The position numbers and the translations under genes are program-made. The notes under the pieces are model-generated. The model saw nothing but the letters and a program-made list of their open reading frames with translations, was not told the origin of the DNA and made no database searches. From assembly GCA_963664705.1 (NCBI GenBank), contig OY761556.1:1088001-1152000 (forward strand): a DNA stretch of 64,000 nucleotides, read 5' to 3'. Below, piece by piece: positions 21,306-31,231 of the stretch (positions are counted from its first letter, which is position 1; every line of letters starts with the position of its first letter). Source of the stretch: Acidobacteriota bacterium. GTDB taxonomy: Bacteria > Acidobacteriota > UBA6911.

Positions 21306-21724
21306 TTTCCTACCTCGAATAGAGACCGGATCGGTTCCGCTGAACTCGGGAGAGGATCCGAGATTCTGGAAAAGATATCATCGAAAAGCTCAGAGTCCGA
21401 AATATGCTGCTTGGGTGGAGGCTGTATTGAAGAGGGTCTTCGAACCATCACAACGGCAAAAATCATAAGTGTAACGAGTACCGGAACCAGAATTATGGGA
21501 AAGGGTCGGCGTTTTGCATGGATCCGGGCATGAATGGCTCGCCTCTGTCCGGCAAGAAAGTCTGGGGATACTTCAATCCCAACAGGCTGAAAGTTTTCAA
21601 GTCCACTGCGAATCGCTTTAAGCCTCTTGGCGCATGAGACACATTTGGCAAGGTGATCATCCCCGGGACGCACATCATAGACCAGGGCAAAAAGCTCCTC
21701 ATCCGTCCAATGTTTATCGTACAT
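21302..21724 (-). CDS. Single-pass anti-sigma factor with zinc-binding HxxxCxxC
   Basis: HLAKCVSC followed by a TM helix (IILVPVLVTLMIFAVVMV); overlaps the ECF gene. Confidence 0.85.
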   Translation of the reverse strand: MYDKHWTDEELFALVYDVRPGDDHLAKCVSCAKRLKAIRSGLENFQPVGIEVSPDFLAGQRRAIHARIHAKRRPFPIILVPVLVTLMIFAVVMVRRPSSIQPPPKQHISDSELFDDIFSRISDPLPSSAEPIRSLFEVGK

Positions 21725-22295
21725 ACAAGTCTCTCAATTCTGCGCGCAGTTTCTTTATTGCGCGAGCCATGTGGGCTTTTACCGTACCGGTGTTCAGGTT
21801 CATTATTCCGGCAATCTCTTCGAAGCTCAGCTGTTCTTCGTGACGAAAAATGAAAATCGCCTTCTGGCGGGCGGATAATCGCTCAAGGGACCTTTCCAAA
21901 CGATGTCGAATTTCCTGACCCTTGGCTTCGTCTTCTTGTGTCGGGCCGGATGCAGGTGTCGCCCGGAGCATGTCATCGCTGAAGGCATCCCTTGAGTGTT
22001 TCTGCCAGAAACGCCATCTTTTCGACCGGATGCGATTGTAGCAAGTGTTGAAGGCAACGCGGGTGAGCCACTTTGGCGGTTCCTGAATACTGCTCCGGCC
22101 ATTTTTCTCAAGGGTCTTATAGGCCTCAACGAAGACATCCTGTGTGGCAGAATCAGCCTCATCGCGGTTTCGGAGCAGGCGCATGCATAGCACAAAAATT
22201 CTTTCCTGCTCCTCGGCCATCCATGCCTCGAAGTCGATCTCATGCATGACTAATTCCACGTCTCCCACCGTCAGAACACTCTCCTGAGCTTCCAT
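21714..22295 (-). CDS. ECF RNA polymerase sigma factor
   Basis: DEADSATQDVF, WLTRVAFN, LSFEEIAGIM...GTVKAHMARA; start codon uncertain. Confidence 0.92.
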   Translation of the reverse strand: MEAQESVLTVGDVELVMHEIDFEAWMAEEQERIFVLCMRLLRNRDEADSATQDVFVEAYKTLEKNGRSSIQEPPKWLTRVAFNTCYNRIRSKRWRFWQKHSRDAFSDDMLRATPASGPTQEDEAKGQEIRHRLERSLERLSARQKAIFIFRHEEQLSFEEIAGIMNLNTGTVKAHMARAIKKLRAELRDLYVR

Positions 22296-22303
22296 ATTCT
22301 TAT

Positions 22304-22331
22304 TGTCGTGGATGTTTTGCAAATCGATTAC
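22304..22331 (-). promoter_or_regulatory. Putative autoregulatory ECF promoter GTAA-N16-CCACGACA
   Basis: ECF-like -35 (TGTAA) and -10 (CGAC) ending 8 nt before ATG 22295; second copy at 20719-20746. Confidence 0.7.
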
Positions 22332-22411
22332 ATAAAGAGAGCAGGAAAATCCAGCGATTCCAATTTGACTAACGCCGCTCAGTGCCGAAGGAAGCCATAC
22401 CACCAGATAGC

Positions 22412-23188
22412 CTAATATGCAGGGTCTCCATTGATTTTCATATCGCTCAATTTAAACTCGAACAGCATCCTTTCAGGGTTTTGATTTAGCCTGTTGCTGC
22501 CAATACTCCATGCCGGAGGCCCTGTGAATTCCAGCCTTAGGAACTTATCCTCCTGACTTAGAACAGGGCGGCCCTGTGAATGCCGAGGAAAAATGAATTG
22601 GAATTCACACACATTGGGTTGTGAGATTACAAAGCGTTCAAGCGGGATCCGTCTCCCTTTCGAAGGGATCAAGGAAACAGTATCTTTGAGGGTTTCTGTT
22701 GTCTGATTCTGCCAATAGGGACAAGGGAGCGAATCGGGTCTGCCTAATACACTTCTGCCAAGGTGATGCCCACTTATAATATGAACCACAATCGCATTAG
22801 GAAATCGCGTTGAGAGAAATTCCTCGGCCTCCTTATCCAATTCCTGCCGTTTCTCCTGGGAGAGCTTTTCATAATTTGAGGCTATTTGCTTCTGACGAGC
22901 AAGTGCCCGCCGGATGGGCAATGCTGAGAAGAGTTGCACAACGTATCCGTTGGAATTGTAAAGCACGTTCTTAGCCCATGGAGAATCCACAAGCATCGTT
23001 TCGCATTCTTTCTCTGTCCAATAGCGATAATCTTTTGTTTTCCAGAATTCATTTGTCTCCTGCGCTGAACTGAAAAAATTCAGTAAAAACGCAAAAAACA
23101 AAAACAGCATTGCAGGATTTGGAATAGGCCATCTGTATTCCAGTATCCGGAAGATTCTGTTGCATTCTGAAGCTGGGAAATCTTTCAT
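22412..23188 (-). CDS. Hypothetical exported protein
   Basis: Hydrophobic signal-like stretch then FWKTKDYRYWTEKEC...DSPWA; start may be 23110. Confidence 0.65.
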   Translation of the reverse strand: MKDFPASECNRIFRILEYRWPIPNPAMLFLFFAFLLNFFSSAQETNEFWKTKDYRYWTEKECETMLVDSPWAKNVLYNSNGYVVQLFSALPIRRALARQKQIASNYEKLSQEKRQELDKEAEEFLSTRFPNAIVVHIISGHHLGRSVLGRPDSLPCPYWQNQTTETLKDTVSLIPSKGRRIPLERFVISQPNVCEFQFIFPRHSQGRPVLSQEDKFLRLEFTGPPAWSIGSNRLNQNPERMLFEFKLSDMKINGDPAY

Positions 23189-23474
23189 ATCATTCTTCTT
23201 TTGTTTGTTAGCCTGCAAGCGTCAAAGGCGGGTGAAGCGTCTATATATAGTTAGAGTATTTCGGGTTTCATTTGGATCATAGATTTAAAAAACCTACATT
23301 AAAGGCGATCTGCTTTGGTGAGATTTGGAGCTTTGCTTTGCGTAAATCAGGCGAGCGGCCGGACCGCTAATCAGAGAACCCAAGGTCGGCCGAAGAGAAT
23401 TGCATGATGGCTTTACTGCAAAAGGCGCCTTAAAGAGAATTGGATTATTACCTAGCAATTTGTTGAAGGGGATA

Positions 23475-23508
23475 AGAGAGCGGTCTATGTGTAATAAAAC
23501 CGCTCTCT
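23475..23508 (-). terminator. Hairpin after carboxylesterase
   Basis: AGAGAGCGGT...ACCGCTCTCT 15 bp past the stop codon. Confidence 0.5.
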
Positions 23509-23523
23509 GTGCATGCAATGCGG

Positions 23524-25068
23524 CTACCTTTGCGCCTTGGATTGTTCCCGCATCTTGGCGAAATAGGCATCAAAGGCCTTGATCTGTTCGATGTTCGGAT
23601 GAGGCCTGGCGTCGGGAGTCTTGTCGAAGATCATGGTCTTCTGTTCCTTCTCATCAAACGCCGGCCAAACCGGCAAGCCCGGTCCATTGGGATCACCCTT
23701 TTTAGCGAAATTCACCCAATAAGAGCTTATCAATTCGGATAAGGCCTTATCTTCCGGTCCGTTCCCTCCTCCCATTCCACCCAGGTTGCCGAAAACATAA
23801 GAAATTTCAGCCGCGTGGTTGGCGCCATCGGGCGAGGCTGGTGTGCGATGATCAAAGTAGTAAACGAAAGCTTTATTTTTACCTTTCGCGGATTGCATTT
23901 TTGCCCACGCCCAAGTGGGCCAGGCGAAGGTGGATTCACGCATTAGGTCCTTAGCGGACCTGGTCGCGTCGGCCTCCATATCGTGAGGATAGACTTTCAA
24001 GATATCCTCGGCGTTCGCCGCATAGCTGCTGCGGACCATTTTTTCGAACCCTGTCCCCGTGGTTAACTGGGTGACAAACAACCCGCCTTCATTTGAGTTC
24101 GTTCCTACTAGGATAGGCGTATCGTTGAATTTTCCGGCTTCAAATATCTCATATGGGGATTCGACAATTGTCTCGCCATCGGAAACCGGCCGAAAACTGC
24201 CCATGCCCTTGGTGTCTTTCTGAATTGCCTCTGCGCTAAGTGCGCGCGCAGCCTTGATGTCGTTGGCTCCCAGCTTGCTCAAATAGGCTTTCCCCTGCTC
24301 CTCCGCTGCTTTGAGCGTCATGCCAAGAGTTCGCATCGCCCCGCCACTCTCAGAAATTGCGCGTTGAAAGAAGCCTCGGGCCATCGGAGATGTCACAAGC
24401 ATTCCGACCGACATGCCCCCGGCGGATTCACCGAAGATGGTGACGTTCGATGGGTCGCCGCCGAATCGCTTAATGTTCTCCTTTACCCACTTAAGGCCGG
24501 CGATCTGATCCTGAATTCCATAGGCGCCGGAGCCTTTACCGCTTTCTTTGCTGAGGTCCGGGTGGGCCAGGAATCCCATTGGCCCCAGGCGGTAGGCCAC
24601 GCTGACCAGTACCACTCCTTTCTTTGCCAGAGTGGCGCCGTCATAGGTCGGCGTGCTGGTCATCCCGATGCCGAATCCTCCGCCATAAATCCAGACCATC
24701 ACCGGACGCTTTTCTCCGGTCTTCTTTGCGCCCGTCCAGACATTCAAATACAGACAGTCTTCGCTGATTTTTTGGGGGCCTCCCAGCATAGCGCCAAAAG
24801 CGGTGTCCTGCATCGGACCGGGCGCAAATTCGTCCGCCTTTCTTACGCCCTGCCACGGTTTCACTGGCTGGGGGGATCTCCAGCGCAGATCGCCAACCGG
24901 CGGAGCGGCAAACGGAATGCCTTTAAACGAGGCGATGCCATCCTTCACGACACCTTCAACAACACCCCCGGTGACCTTTGTCTTTGATATCTGTGCCCAC
25001 GCCGGAACTACGGCGACAATGATCAAAGACAGCGCGCAACCTATAACCTTCAGATTTCTTCTAATCAT
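23524..25068 (-). CDS. Secreted type-B carboxylesterase
   Basis: FKGIPFAAPPVGDLRW, SEDCLYLNVW, FGESAG nucleophile, NEG, NHAAE; signal peptide; AAGGAG RBS. Confidence 0.95.
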   Translation of the reverse strand: MIRRNLKVIGCALSLIIVAVVPAWAQISKTKVTGGVVEGVVKDGIASFKGIPFAAPPVGDLRWRSPQPVKPWQGVRKADEFAPGPMQDTAFGAMLGGPQKISEDCLYLNVWTGAKKTGEKRPVMVWIYGGGFGIGMTSTPTYDGATLAKKGVVLVSVAYRLGPMGFLAHPDLSKESGKGSGAYGIQDQIAGLKWVKENIKRFGGDPSNVTIFGESAGGMSVGMLVTSPMARGFFQRAISESGGAMRTLGMTLKAAEEQGKAYLSKLGANDIKAARALSAEAIQKDTKGMGSFRPVSDGETIVESPYEIFEAGKFNDTPILVGTNSNEGGLFVTQLTTGTGFEKMVRSSYAANAEDILKVYPHDMEADATRSAKDLMRESTFAWPTWAWAKMQSAKGKNKAFVYYFDHRTPASPDGANHAAEISYVFGNLGGMGGGNGPEDKALSELISSYWVNFAKKGDPNGPGLPVWPAFDEKEQKTMIFDKTPDARPHPNIEQIKAFDAYFAKMREQSKAQR

Positions 25069-25461
25069 TGTGACTCCTTTGAACAGAGACCCAGTATTGC
25101 ACCAAGAACCCCGAGAGGCCCTATAATAGCGCAGCGTTTTGATAAACCCATCATAATCGTATGGATCTATTTCAGCGACAAATTTACTTCGAGCTGGCTG
25201 ATTATTTCGACGCTCGGGAACCAGGCTTGACCCGGCTGCAAAACCCATAACCGCTTACGGAACTCCGTATGGATGGACTGAATTGCCCACGATTTGAATA
25301 GAGCGCAGCCCTGCGGTCTTTTGGATCTGTTGGGGTTACATTCTTCACTTTGGCGACTTTTCATAATTGGCAGCTTTTCAGCTGCGCTTGGGACGACTTT
25401 CGTATATAAGTGTCTGCTTTCATCTGCCAATTTTAGGATAGATTTTGACTGGGACAGTCTC

Positions 25462-27837
25462 ATGTATTCGGACAAAGACGGTATATTCGATCATCAAAAT
25501 GCGAATGATAATCCGGTCAGATCATCCTCTGCATCGGCCATGTACGCAAAGGCCTTCGCCATTAATCCCGCGGCGATCGGCATTGTCTGCCTGGACAATG
25601 GCCTGATCGTAGATGTCAACGAGACCTGGCAGGAGACCTTCCAATGCAGCCGTGCCGGCGCCATCGGTCGTTCGGCGCTGGAGCTGCAGCTGTGGCCCTC
25701 AAGCGAAATCCGGGGCCAATACCTGGAAGAGCTGCATAGGATTGGCTCCTTCCGCAATCGTGAGTATACCGTTCTCAGAAAATCAGGAGAGAGCTTCACG
25801 GCTTTGTGCTCGGCAGAGCTGATGGAGTTGCAGGGCGAGAAGTTCATAGTCTCAACCTGGCTCGATATCAGTGACCGTAAACGGACAGAGGAATATTTAA
25901 AAAGAAACGAGAGCCTACTGTCCGAATCCCAGCGGATCGGGCATATCGGCAGCTGGAGCCGGGAGATCGGGGCAAAGGATATTCAGTGGAGCGATGAGAC
26001 CTATCGCATCTATGGACAGGATCCCGCCACGTTCCATCCAACCCTTGCTCTCTTTGTCGCCTTGATCGTTCCTGAAGACCGGGCATTAATGAAGGATTTT
26101 ATTCGCGCTTGCGAGAAAGGCGAAAATCCTGGCGAAATAGAGTTTCGTATTATGAGGCCGGACGGAACGGTTCGGATCTTGTATGGTCGCGGTGGCCTGG
26201 AGGTCGCTTGCGATGGCAAACCCCTGCGGATTCTCGGCATGGTGCAGGACATTTCCGAGCGCAAACAGGCCGAACGTGCTGCGCGTGAGAGCGAATCCCG
26301 ATATCGGTTGATAGCAGAGAATGCGGCAGATGTAATCTGGGTTCTGGATCTTGAGACTCAGCGCTTCAAATATGTCAGCCCTTCAGTGGCAAAACTGCGC
26401 GGCTATTCGCCGGAAGAAGTGATGGCTCAGCCCGTGGATATGGCGCTGACGCCTGAGTCTTTGAAACGGGTTCAGGAGCTTTTGGCTCTGTGGATTCCGC
26501 AATTCATAGCCGATCCTTCAATACCCGGCTTTGCCACGACCGAGGTCGATCAGCCGTGCAAAGATGGTTCCATCGTTTGCACGGAAGTAACCACCAACGC
26601 TGTCATGAGCGAGCGAGGCCAGGTCGAAATTATCGGAGTTTCGCGGGATATCACGGAAAGAAAGCGGGCCAATGAAGAGAGGGCCAGACTTTCCGCACAA
26701 CTGCAGCAGGCTCAGAAAATGGAATCGGTCGGACGGCTGGCGGGAGGCGTTGCCCACGATTTCAACAACATGCTGAGCGTGATTTTAGGCAATGTGGAAA
26801 TAGCGCTGGCGCAGACAAATACGGAGCCATCGCTTTCTATCTGCCTGGAAGAAATCCAGAAGGCGGGACGGCGGTCCGCAAATCTGACCCGGCAGCTGCT
26901 TGCTTTTGCCCGGAAACAGGCGATCACCCCGAGTATTGTCGACCTCAACGAGGCTGTGTCTGGCTTTACGAAGATGCTCCGAAGGCTCATTGGCGAGAAT
27001 ATTGTCATGGAATGGAAACCTAGTCAGGATCTTTGGTTGGTAGAGATAGACCCGTCCCAGATAGATCAGATTTTGGCCAACCTGGCTGTCAACGCTCGTG
27101 ATGCAATCGCGGGGATCGGCACTTTGACCATTGAGACCGCAAATATAGAACTGGATGATAAACATCAGGCATTGGGCAGTGGTTTTGTGCCGGGCGATTA
27201 TGTGCAGCTCTCCATCAGCGATACCGGCAGCGGAATGGATAACGAGACTCTGAAGCACATTTTCGAGCCGTTCTTTACGACGAAGGAGATTGGCAAGGGC
27301 ACCGGCTTGGGGTTGGCCACCGTGTATGGCATTGTAAAGCAAAACAACGGGTACATTGATGTTTGCAGCCAGCCGGGGAATGGAACGCAGTTTGAGATTT
27401 ACTTGCCGCGATTTGTGGGGATGATTCATCCTGTTTCAGAAGAAAATATACTGGAACCACCATTGGACAATCCGGCAAAGGTTCTGGTCGTGGAGGACGA
27501 GCCGACAGTTTTGACTTTAGCCACGACAATGCTGGAAAAACTGGGCTATACAGCATTGTCGGCAACAAGTGCTCAAGATGCCATCAGCCTTTTAGCCCAT
27601 TACCCCGGGAACATTGATATTCTGCTGACGGACGTGATCATGCCCGGAATGAATGGAAGGGAACTGGCGAGGCGGCTGCTCTCGGATCACCCGAATCTTA
27701 AATGCGTTTTTATGTCGGGCTGGACTGCAGACATCCTGGAGTCAGAGGGAGTGATAGGTCCCGGGATCCATTTCCTGCAGAAGCCCTTTACTTCAGATCA
27801 GCTGTCATCGGTCTTGCAAAACGCCAGACGAGACTGA
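25462..27837 (+). CDS. Soluble hybrid histidine kinase: three PAS domains, HisKA, HATPase, receiver
   Basis: LAGGVAHDFNN H-box, NARDA, FEPFFTTK, GTGLGL, LLTDVIMP; no TM segment. Confidence 0.95.
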   Translation: MYSDKDGIFDHQNANDNPVRSSSASAMYAKAFAINPAAIGIVCLDNGLIVDVNETWQETFQCSRAGAIGRSALELQLWPSSEIRGQYLEELHRIGSFRNREYTVLRKSGESFTALCSAELMELQGEKFIVSTWLDISDRKRTEEYLKRNESLLSESQRIGHIGSWSREIGAKDIQWSDETYRIYGQDPATFHPTLALFVALIVPEDRALMKDFIRACEKGENPGEIEFRIMRPDGTVRILYGRGGLEVACDGKPLRILGMVQDISERKQAERAARESESRYRLIAENAADVIWVLDLETQRFKYVSPSVAKLRGYSPEEVMAQPVDMALTPESLKRVQELLALWIPQFIADPSIPGFATTEVDQPCKDGSIVCTEVTTNAVMSERGQVEIIGVSRDITERKRANEERARLSAQLQQAQKMESVGRLAGGVAHDFNNMLSVILGNVEIALAQTNTEPSLSICLEEIQKAGRRSANLTRQLLAFARKQAITPSIVDLNEAVSGFTKMLRRLIGENIVMEWKPSQDLWLVEIDPSQIDQILANLAVNARDAIAGIGTLTIETANIELDDKHQALGSGFVPGDYVQLSISDTGSGMDNETLKHIFEPFFTTKEIGKGTGLGLATVYGIVKQNNGYIDVCSQPGNGTQFEIYLPRFVGMIHPVSEENILEPPLDNPAKVLVVEDEPTVLTLATTMLEKLGYTALSATSAQDAISLLAHYPGNIDILLTDVIMPGMNGRELARRLLSDHPNLKCVFMSGWTADILESEGVIGPGIHFLQKPFTSDQLSSVLQNARRD

Positions 27838-28060
27838 TTTTCGGGCACGCTCCCGGAGCTTGTACGACGGTAAGCACTTTCTGAGAGTGACAGCGTGCAA
27901 GTCGACCCAGGACTGGGGCTGGCAGGCGGTTCCCATTTCCGTCTTTATTGCGGCACAAGTTTCGCAAAAACTGGTCGATAAGTAATTAGATTTCGACCGA
28001 TCCACGATCGGTCCTAAATGCGATTGCCGGGAATATGGATTTGGCATCCGGGAGGAAGGC

Positions 28061-29197
28061 ATGGCTTCTTTTCGTATTTTGCTTATTTCGATCGTCATGG
28101 TTGCGGGTTGGCAGAGCACATTAGTGGCTGCGGCCGGAACTGTCCCTCAGGATTTTACTGTTTGGAGTGTGGGAGGATCCTGGACGTGTGGTGGAAGACC
28201 GACCTCCATTACTCAGGATGGCCACAATCACCTGCTTTTCACTAACGAAAATGGACTGCGCTCAAAGGGCAGTTTCCTGAATACGGACACAGTGGTTGCA
28301 ACCGAATGGGAAAATGGGTTGCGTGGATCGGTTCAGGATGGGGGCAACACAATCCAATGGGCCAACGGGACCGTCTGGTATCGAAATCAAACAGGCTATG
28401 GACAGAGTGGTTCCCTGCCATCCCTATCGGACGCCTGGATCTGTGACGGCAAACCAACATCCATCACGCAGGACGCGGGCGGAAACCTCGTCTTTACAAA
28501 CCAGATGGGATGGAAATCCAAAGGTAGATTTGCCGATGCGGCAACGGTAATTGCGACGGAATGGGAGAACGGCCTGCGCGGCTCTCTGCAAGACGGAGGC
28601 AACACCATTCGATGGGCCAACGGAACCGCATGGTTCCGGAGCGGACCCACGGGCGTTCGGCTTAACCCGACAGAATCCTTGCTGGGAGGAGTGCCTTCGC
28701 AGGGCCGATTGCCTTCGCTGGGAGGTGCCTGGATCTGCGACGGTAAGCCGACCTCCATTACGCAGGATGGGAGCGGAAATCTAGTTTTTACAAACCAAAT
28801 GGGTATGAAATCCAAAGGCAGGTTTGCAGACGCGGGAGCGGTAATTGCGACGGAATGGGAGAACGGCCTGCGCGGATCCCTGCAAGACGGAGGCAATACC
28901 ATCCGATGGGCCAATGGAACGGCATGGTTCCGCAGTTCACCGGCAGCGGGAGCGGCTGTCACGCCCTCCTTGGCCGGTGTCTGGACGTGCGATGGACGTC
29001 CAACCTCCATTACGCAGGATGGGAGCGGAAATCTAGTTTTTACAAACCAAATGGGTATGAAATCCAAAGGCAGGTTTGCGGACGCGTCTACCGTCATCGC
29101 CACCGAATGGGAAAACGGACTCCGGGGTTCCTTGCAGGATAACGGGAATACCATTCGCTGGGCCAATGGCACGGCGTGGTACCGCGGCAATCGCTAA
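28061..29197 (+). CDS. Secreted protein of four tandem ~68-aa Trp-rich beta repeats
   Basis: Signal peptide; 4x WxCxGxPTSITQD...FTN...ATEWENGLRGS.QD.GNTIxWANGTxWxR; GGAGG RBS. Confidence 0.88.
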   Translation: MASFRILLISIVMVAGWQSTLVAAAGTVPQDFTVWSVGGSWTCGGRPTSITQDGHNHLLFTNENGLRSKGSFLNTDTVVATEWENGLRGSVQDGGNTIQWANGTVWYRNQTGYGQSGSLPSLSDAWICDGKPTSITQDAGGNLVFTNQMGWKSKGRFADAATVIATEWENGLRGSLQDGGNTIRWANGTAWFRSGPTGVRLNPTESLLGGVPSQGRLPSLGGAWICDGKPTSITQDGSGNLVFTNQMGMKSKGRFADAGAVIATEWENGLRGSLQDGGNTIRWANGTAWFRSSPAAGAAVTPSLAGVWTCDGRPTSITQDGSGNLVFTNQMGMKSKGRFADASTVIATEWENGLRGSLQDNGNTIRWANGTAWYRGNR

Positions 29198-29271
29198 GAG
29201 TGCAGTGCTGAAGCGGGCATGAGCCAGCCAAGATGCAATTGCCGCAGAGTGGCTGGCGGAAGATATGGAAT

Positions 29272-31215
29272 TTACCTGTTCTTCGAATTTTCCTGTTTCT
29301 CGATCTCCTTTTTCAGCCGGTTCACCAGAACTCCGCCGGTACCGCTGATTCGCCTCTCACACGAGATGGTCGCGATATTTCGCTGAGCCCTGTCGTATAC
29401 CTGGACCACGATTTCATTGCTGAACATGTTCAACCGGCCCTGAGACACGTGCAATAGAATATCCGCCTGGTCTGGCGTGTCCACAATCGTCCAGCGACCC
29501 CATTCCCGTAGCTTCTTGGGAAAATCCGAAATGACGCGGTCATAGTTTTCCTGGTAGGAAACATACGCTGTTCGTGCGCTAACCAGGTTTTTCGGCGGCG
29601 GCAGGGAAACAGCAAGCGATCCCAGCAGGTTTGCGATCTGTTCTGCGCTTGGCGTAGAGGGCTGAACCCCAGGCGTGGTAGTCGGATTGGACGGCGATGT
29701 TGGCTGCGGAACATAAGGAGTATTGGGGGCAGCGCTATTGAACGGTTGTTGCGGTGAGGGCTGCGGGGACGGAATCTGCGAATTCTGGTAATTCTGCTGC
29801 TGGATGGGTGCTTGCGTCTGACCCGGACTGTTTGGGAATTTCTGTATATTGTTCATCAGGCTTAGAAATGCCTGGAGGAATTGTGCGCTCTGATCCTGTC
29901 CCGGAACAGCCTGCGGCACAGTTTGGTTCAACTGATTCTGGACTCCTTTCTGATAATTGCCGAGGAGGCTCATCAGTTGTTGCGCCACAGGGTTCGCTTG
30001 GCCCTGCATTCCTTGGCTCTGTACTCCCTGCGATGTCCGGTTGGCAGCATTGTTTTGCAGATTCTGATACATGCTCATCAGGCCTGTGAGCTGTTGCGCG
30101 ATCTGTCCGGTCTGGATGCCCTGCGGATTAGAGGTTCCCGGAATTTGGTTAGCACTGCGTTGCTGATTTAAAAAATAATTGAACATATTCGTGTATGCAT
30201 TGACGCCCGGATTCTGGCTGCTTTGAGCTTGAGCCGGCAGCGCCCCGGAGAATGACTGGATTCCCCCTCTTTGCTGTGCAGTAGAACCCAGGACTCCCAG
30301 GAGGGCCTGCAACGCCTGCATCCTTTGTTCCTGATTCTGCTGCTTGTTTGCCTGCTCATTGCCTGTAATTTCACGGACAAATTCCTCCGGAAGGCGACGT
30401 GTCGCAGCAGGCGAAGGTAAGGTTACGGTTTCAATTGGCGGCCATCGCAGGAGTGTTTGTTGTTCGGGCCGGGGCTGATCTGCTATGGAAGCGGTTTCCG
30501 GCCTTGGTTTCGGGCTATTTGGAGTAAGAGGATCAGGCATGAGTGGGGACGGAGGCTTTGACATCGATGCTTCCGGAGGAGTCATCGTGGATCCGGTTTG
30601 GGCCTGTCGACTTATGACCTCGATGGTAACGAAATCGCTGAGCTCACCCGCCGATGCAAGAATGACCGCCTTGCCCGGCTTCAATCCCCTGGCTGTACCG
30701 GAAGCGTCAACAGACACAACGGCAGGATCTGCACTAATCCACGAGGTGCTTCCGGCCGGGTTCCCATTGACTGTTGCTGATAAAAGAGCCTGTTCTTCCA
30801 CGCCAAGGATTCGCTTCCCCTCAATAACCAGGACCTGAACCACGGGCGGCTGGGCTGGTACCAGCGATGGCGCGACCGGATCCGCCGAGGCTACAACAGC
30901 GAGATTCATTGTGGATGTGGACTTTCCAACGGAAGCCATGATTGTAGCGAATCCCGGCTTCAGTCCTCGCACATTGCCGTCTTGATCTATTGCGGCGATA
31001 TCCTCATTCAGACTGCGCCAGACGGCCAGGCCCGCGGCGTAGGGAGCTCCGTTGAGTTTATGGGCCGAATACCGCACCTGCTCCCCCACCGCGACAGAGG
31101 ATTTGCCTCCTCGAATGGTCACAATCTCCGACGTGTCCTGCGCCACGATTCCATTTGATATCAAAAACGCCAGGAGAAGCATTCCCGCGATATGCACGAT
31201 CTTGCTTCTGATCAT
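29272..31215 (-). CDS. Secreted protein: two Big_2-like Ig domains, Pro/Gln-rich linker with short amphipathic helices, small C-terminal alpha/beta domain
   Basis: WRSLNEDIAAIDQDGNVRGLKPG and WISADPAVVSVDASGTARGLKPG Ig repeats; signal peptide. Confidence 0.85.
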   Translation of the reverse strand: MIRSKIVHIAGMLLLAFLISNGIVAQDTSEIVTIRGGKSSVAVGEQVRYSAHKLNGAPYAAGLAVWRSLNEDIAAIDQDGNVRGLKPGFATIMASVGKSTSTMNLAVVASADPVAPSLVPAQPPVVQVLVIEGKRILGVEEQALLSATVNGNPAGSTSWISADPAVVSVDASGTARGLKPGKAVILASAGELSDFVTIEVISRQAQTGSTMTPPEASMSKPPSPLMPDPLTPNSPKPRPETASIADQPRPEQQTLLRWPPIETVTLPSPAATRRLPEEFVREITGNEQANKQQNQEQRMQALQALLGVLGSTAQQRGGIQSFSGALPAQAQSSQNPGVNAYTNMFNYFLNQQRSANQIPGTSNPQGIQTGQIAQQLTGLMSMYQNLQNNAANRTSQGVQSQGMQGQANPVAQQLMSLLGNYQKGVQNQLNQTVPQAVPGQDQSAQFLQAFLSLMNNIQKFPNSPGQTQAPIQQQNYQNSQIPSPQPSPQQPFNSAAPNTPYVPQPTSPSNPTTTPGVQPSTPSAEQIANLLGSLAVSLPPPKNLVSARTAYVSYQENYDRVISDFPKKLREWGRWTIVDTPDQADILLHVSQGRLNMFSNEIVVQVYDRAQRNIATISCERRISGTGGVLVNRLKKEIEKQENSKNR

Positions 31216-31231
31216 TGCCCCCCCAATCCCT

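Noticed and set aside
27521-27528. CCACGACA match to the ECF -10 box
   Set aside because: It is inside the kinase coding region with no GTAA 16 bp upstream.
28175-29190. Direct repeats as a possible CRISPR array or DGR template/variable pair
   Set aside because: The units are ~200-bp in-frame coding repeats, differences are not adenine-specific, and there is no cas or reverse transcriptase gene.
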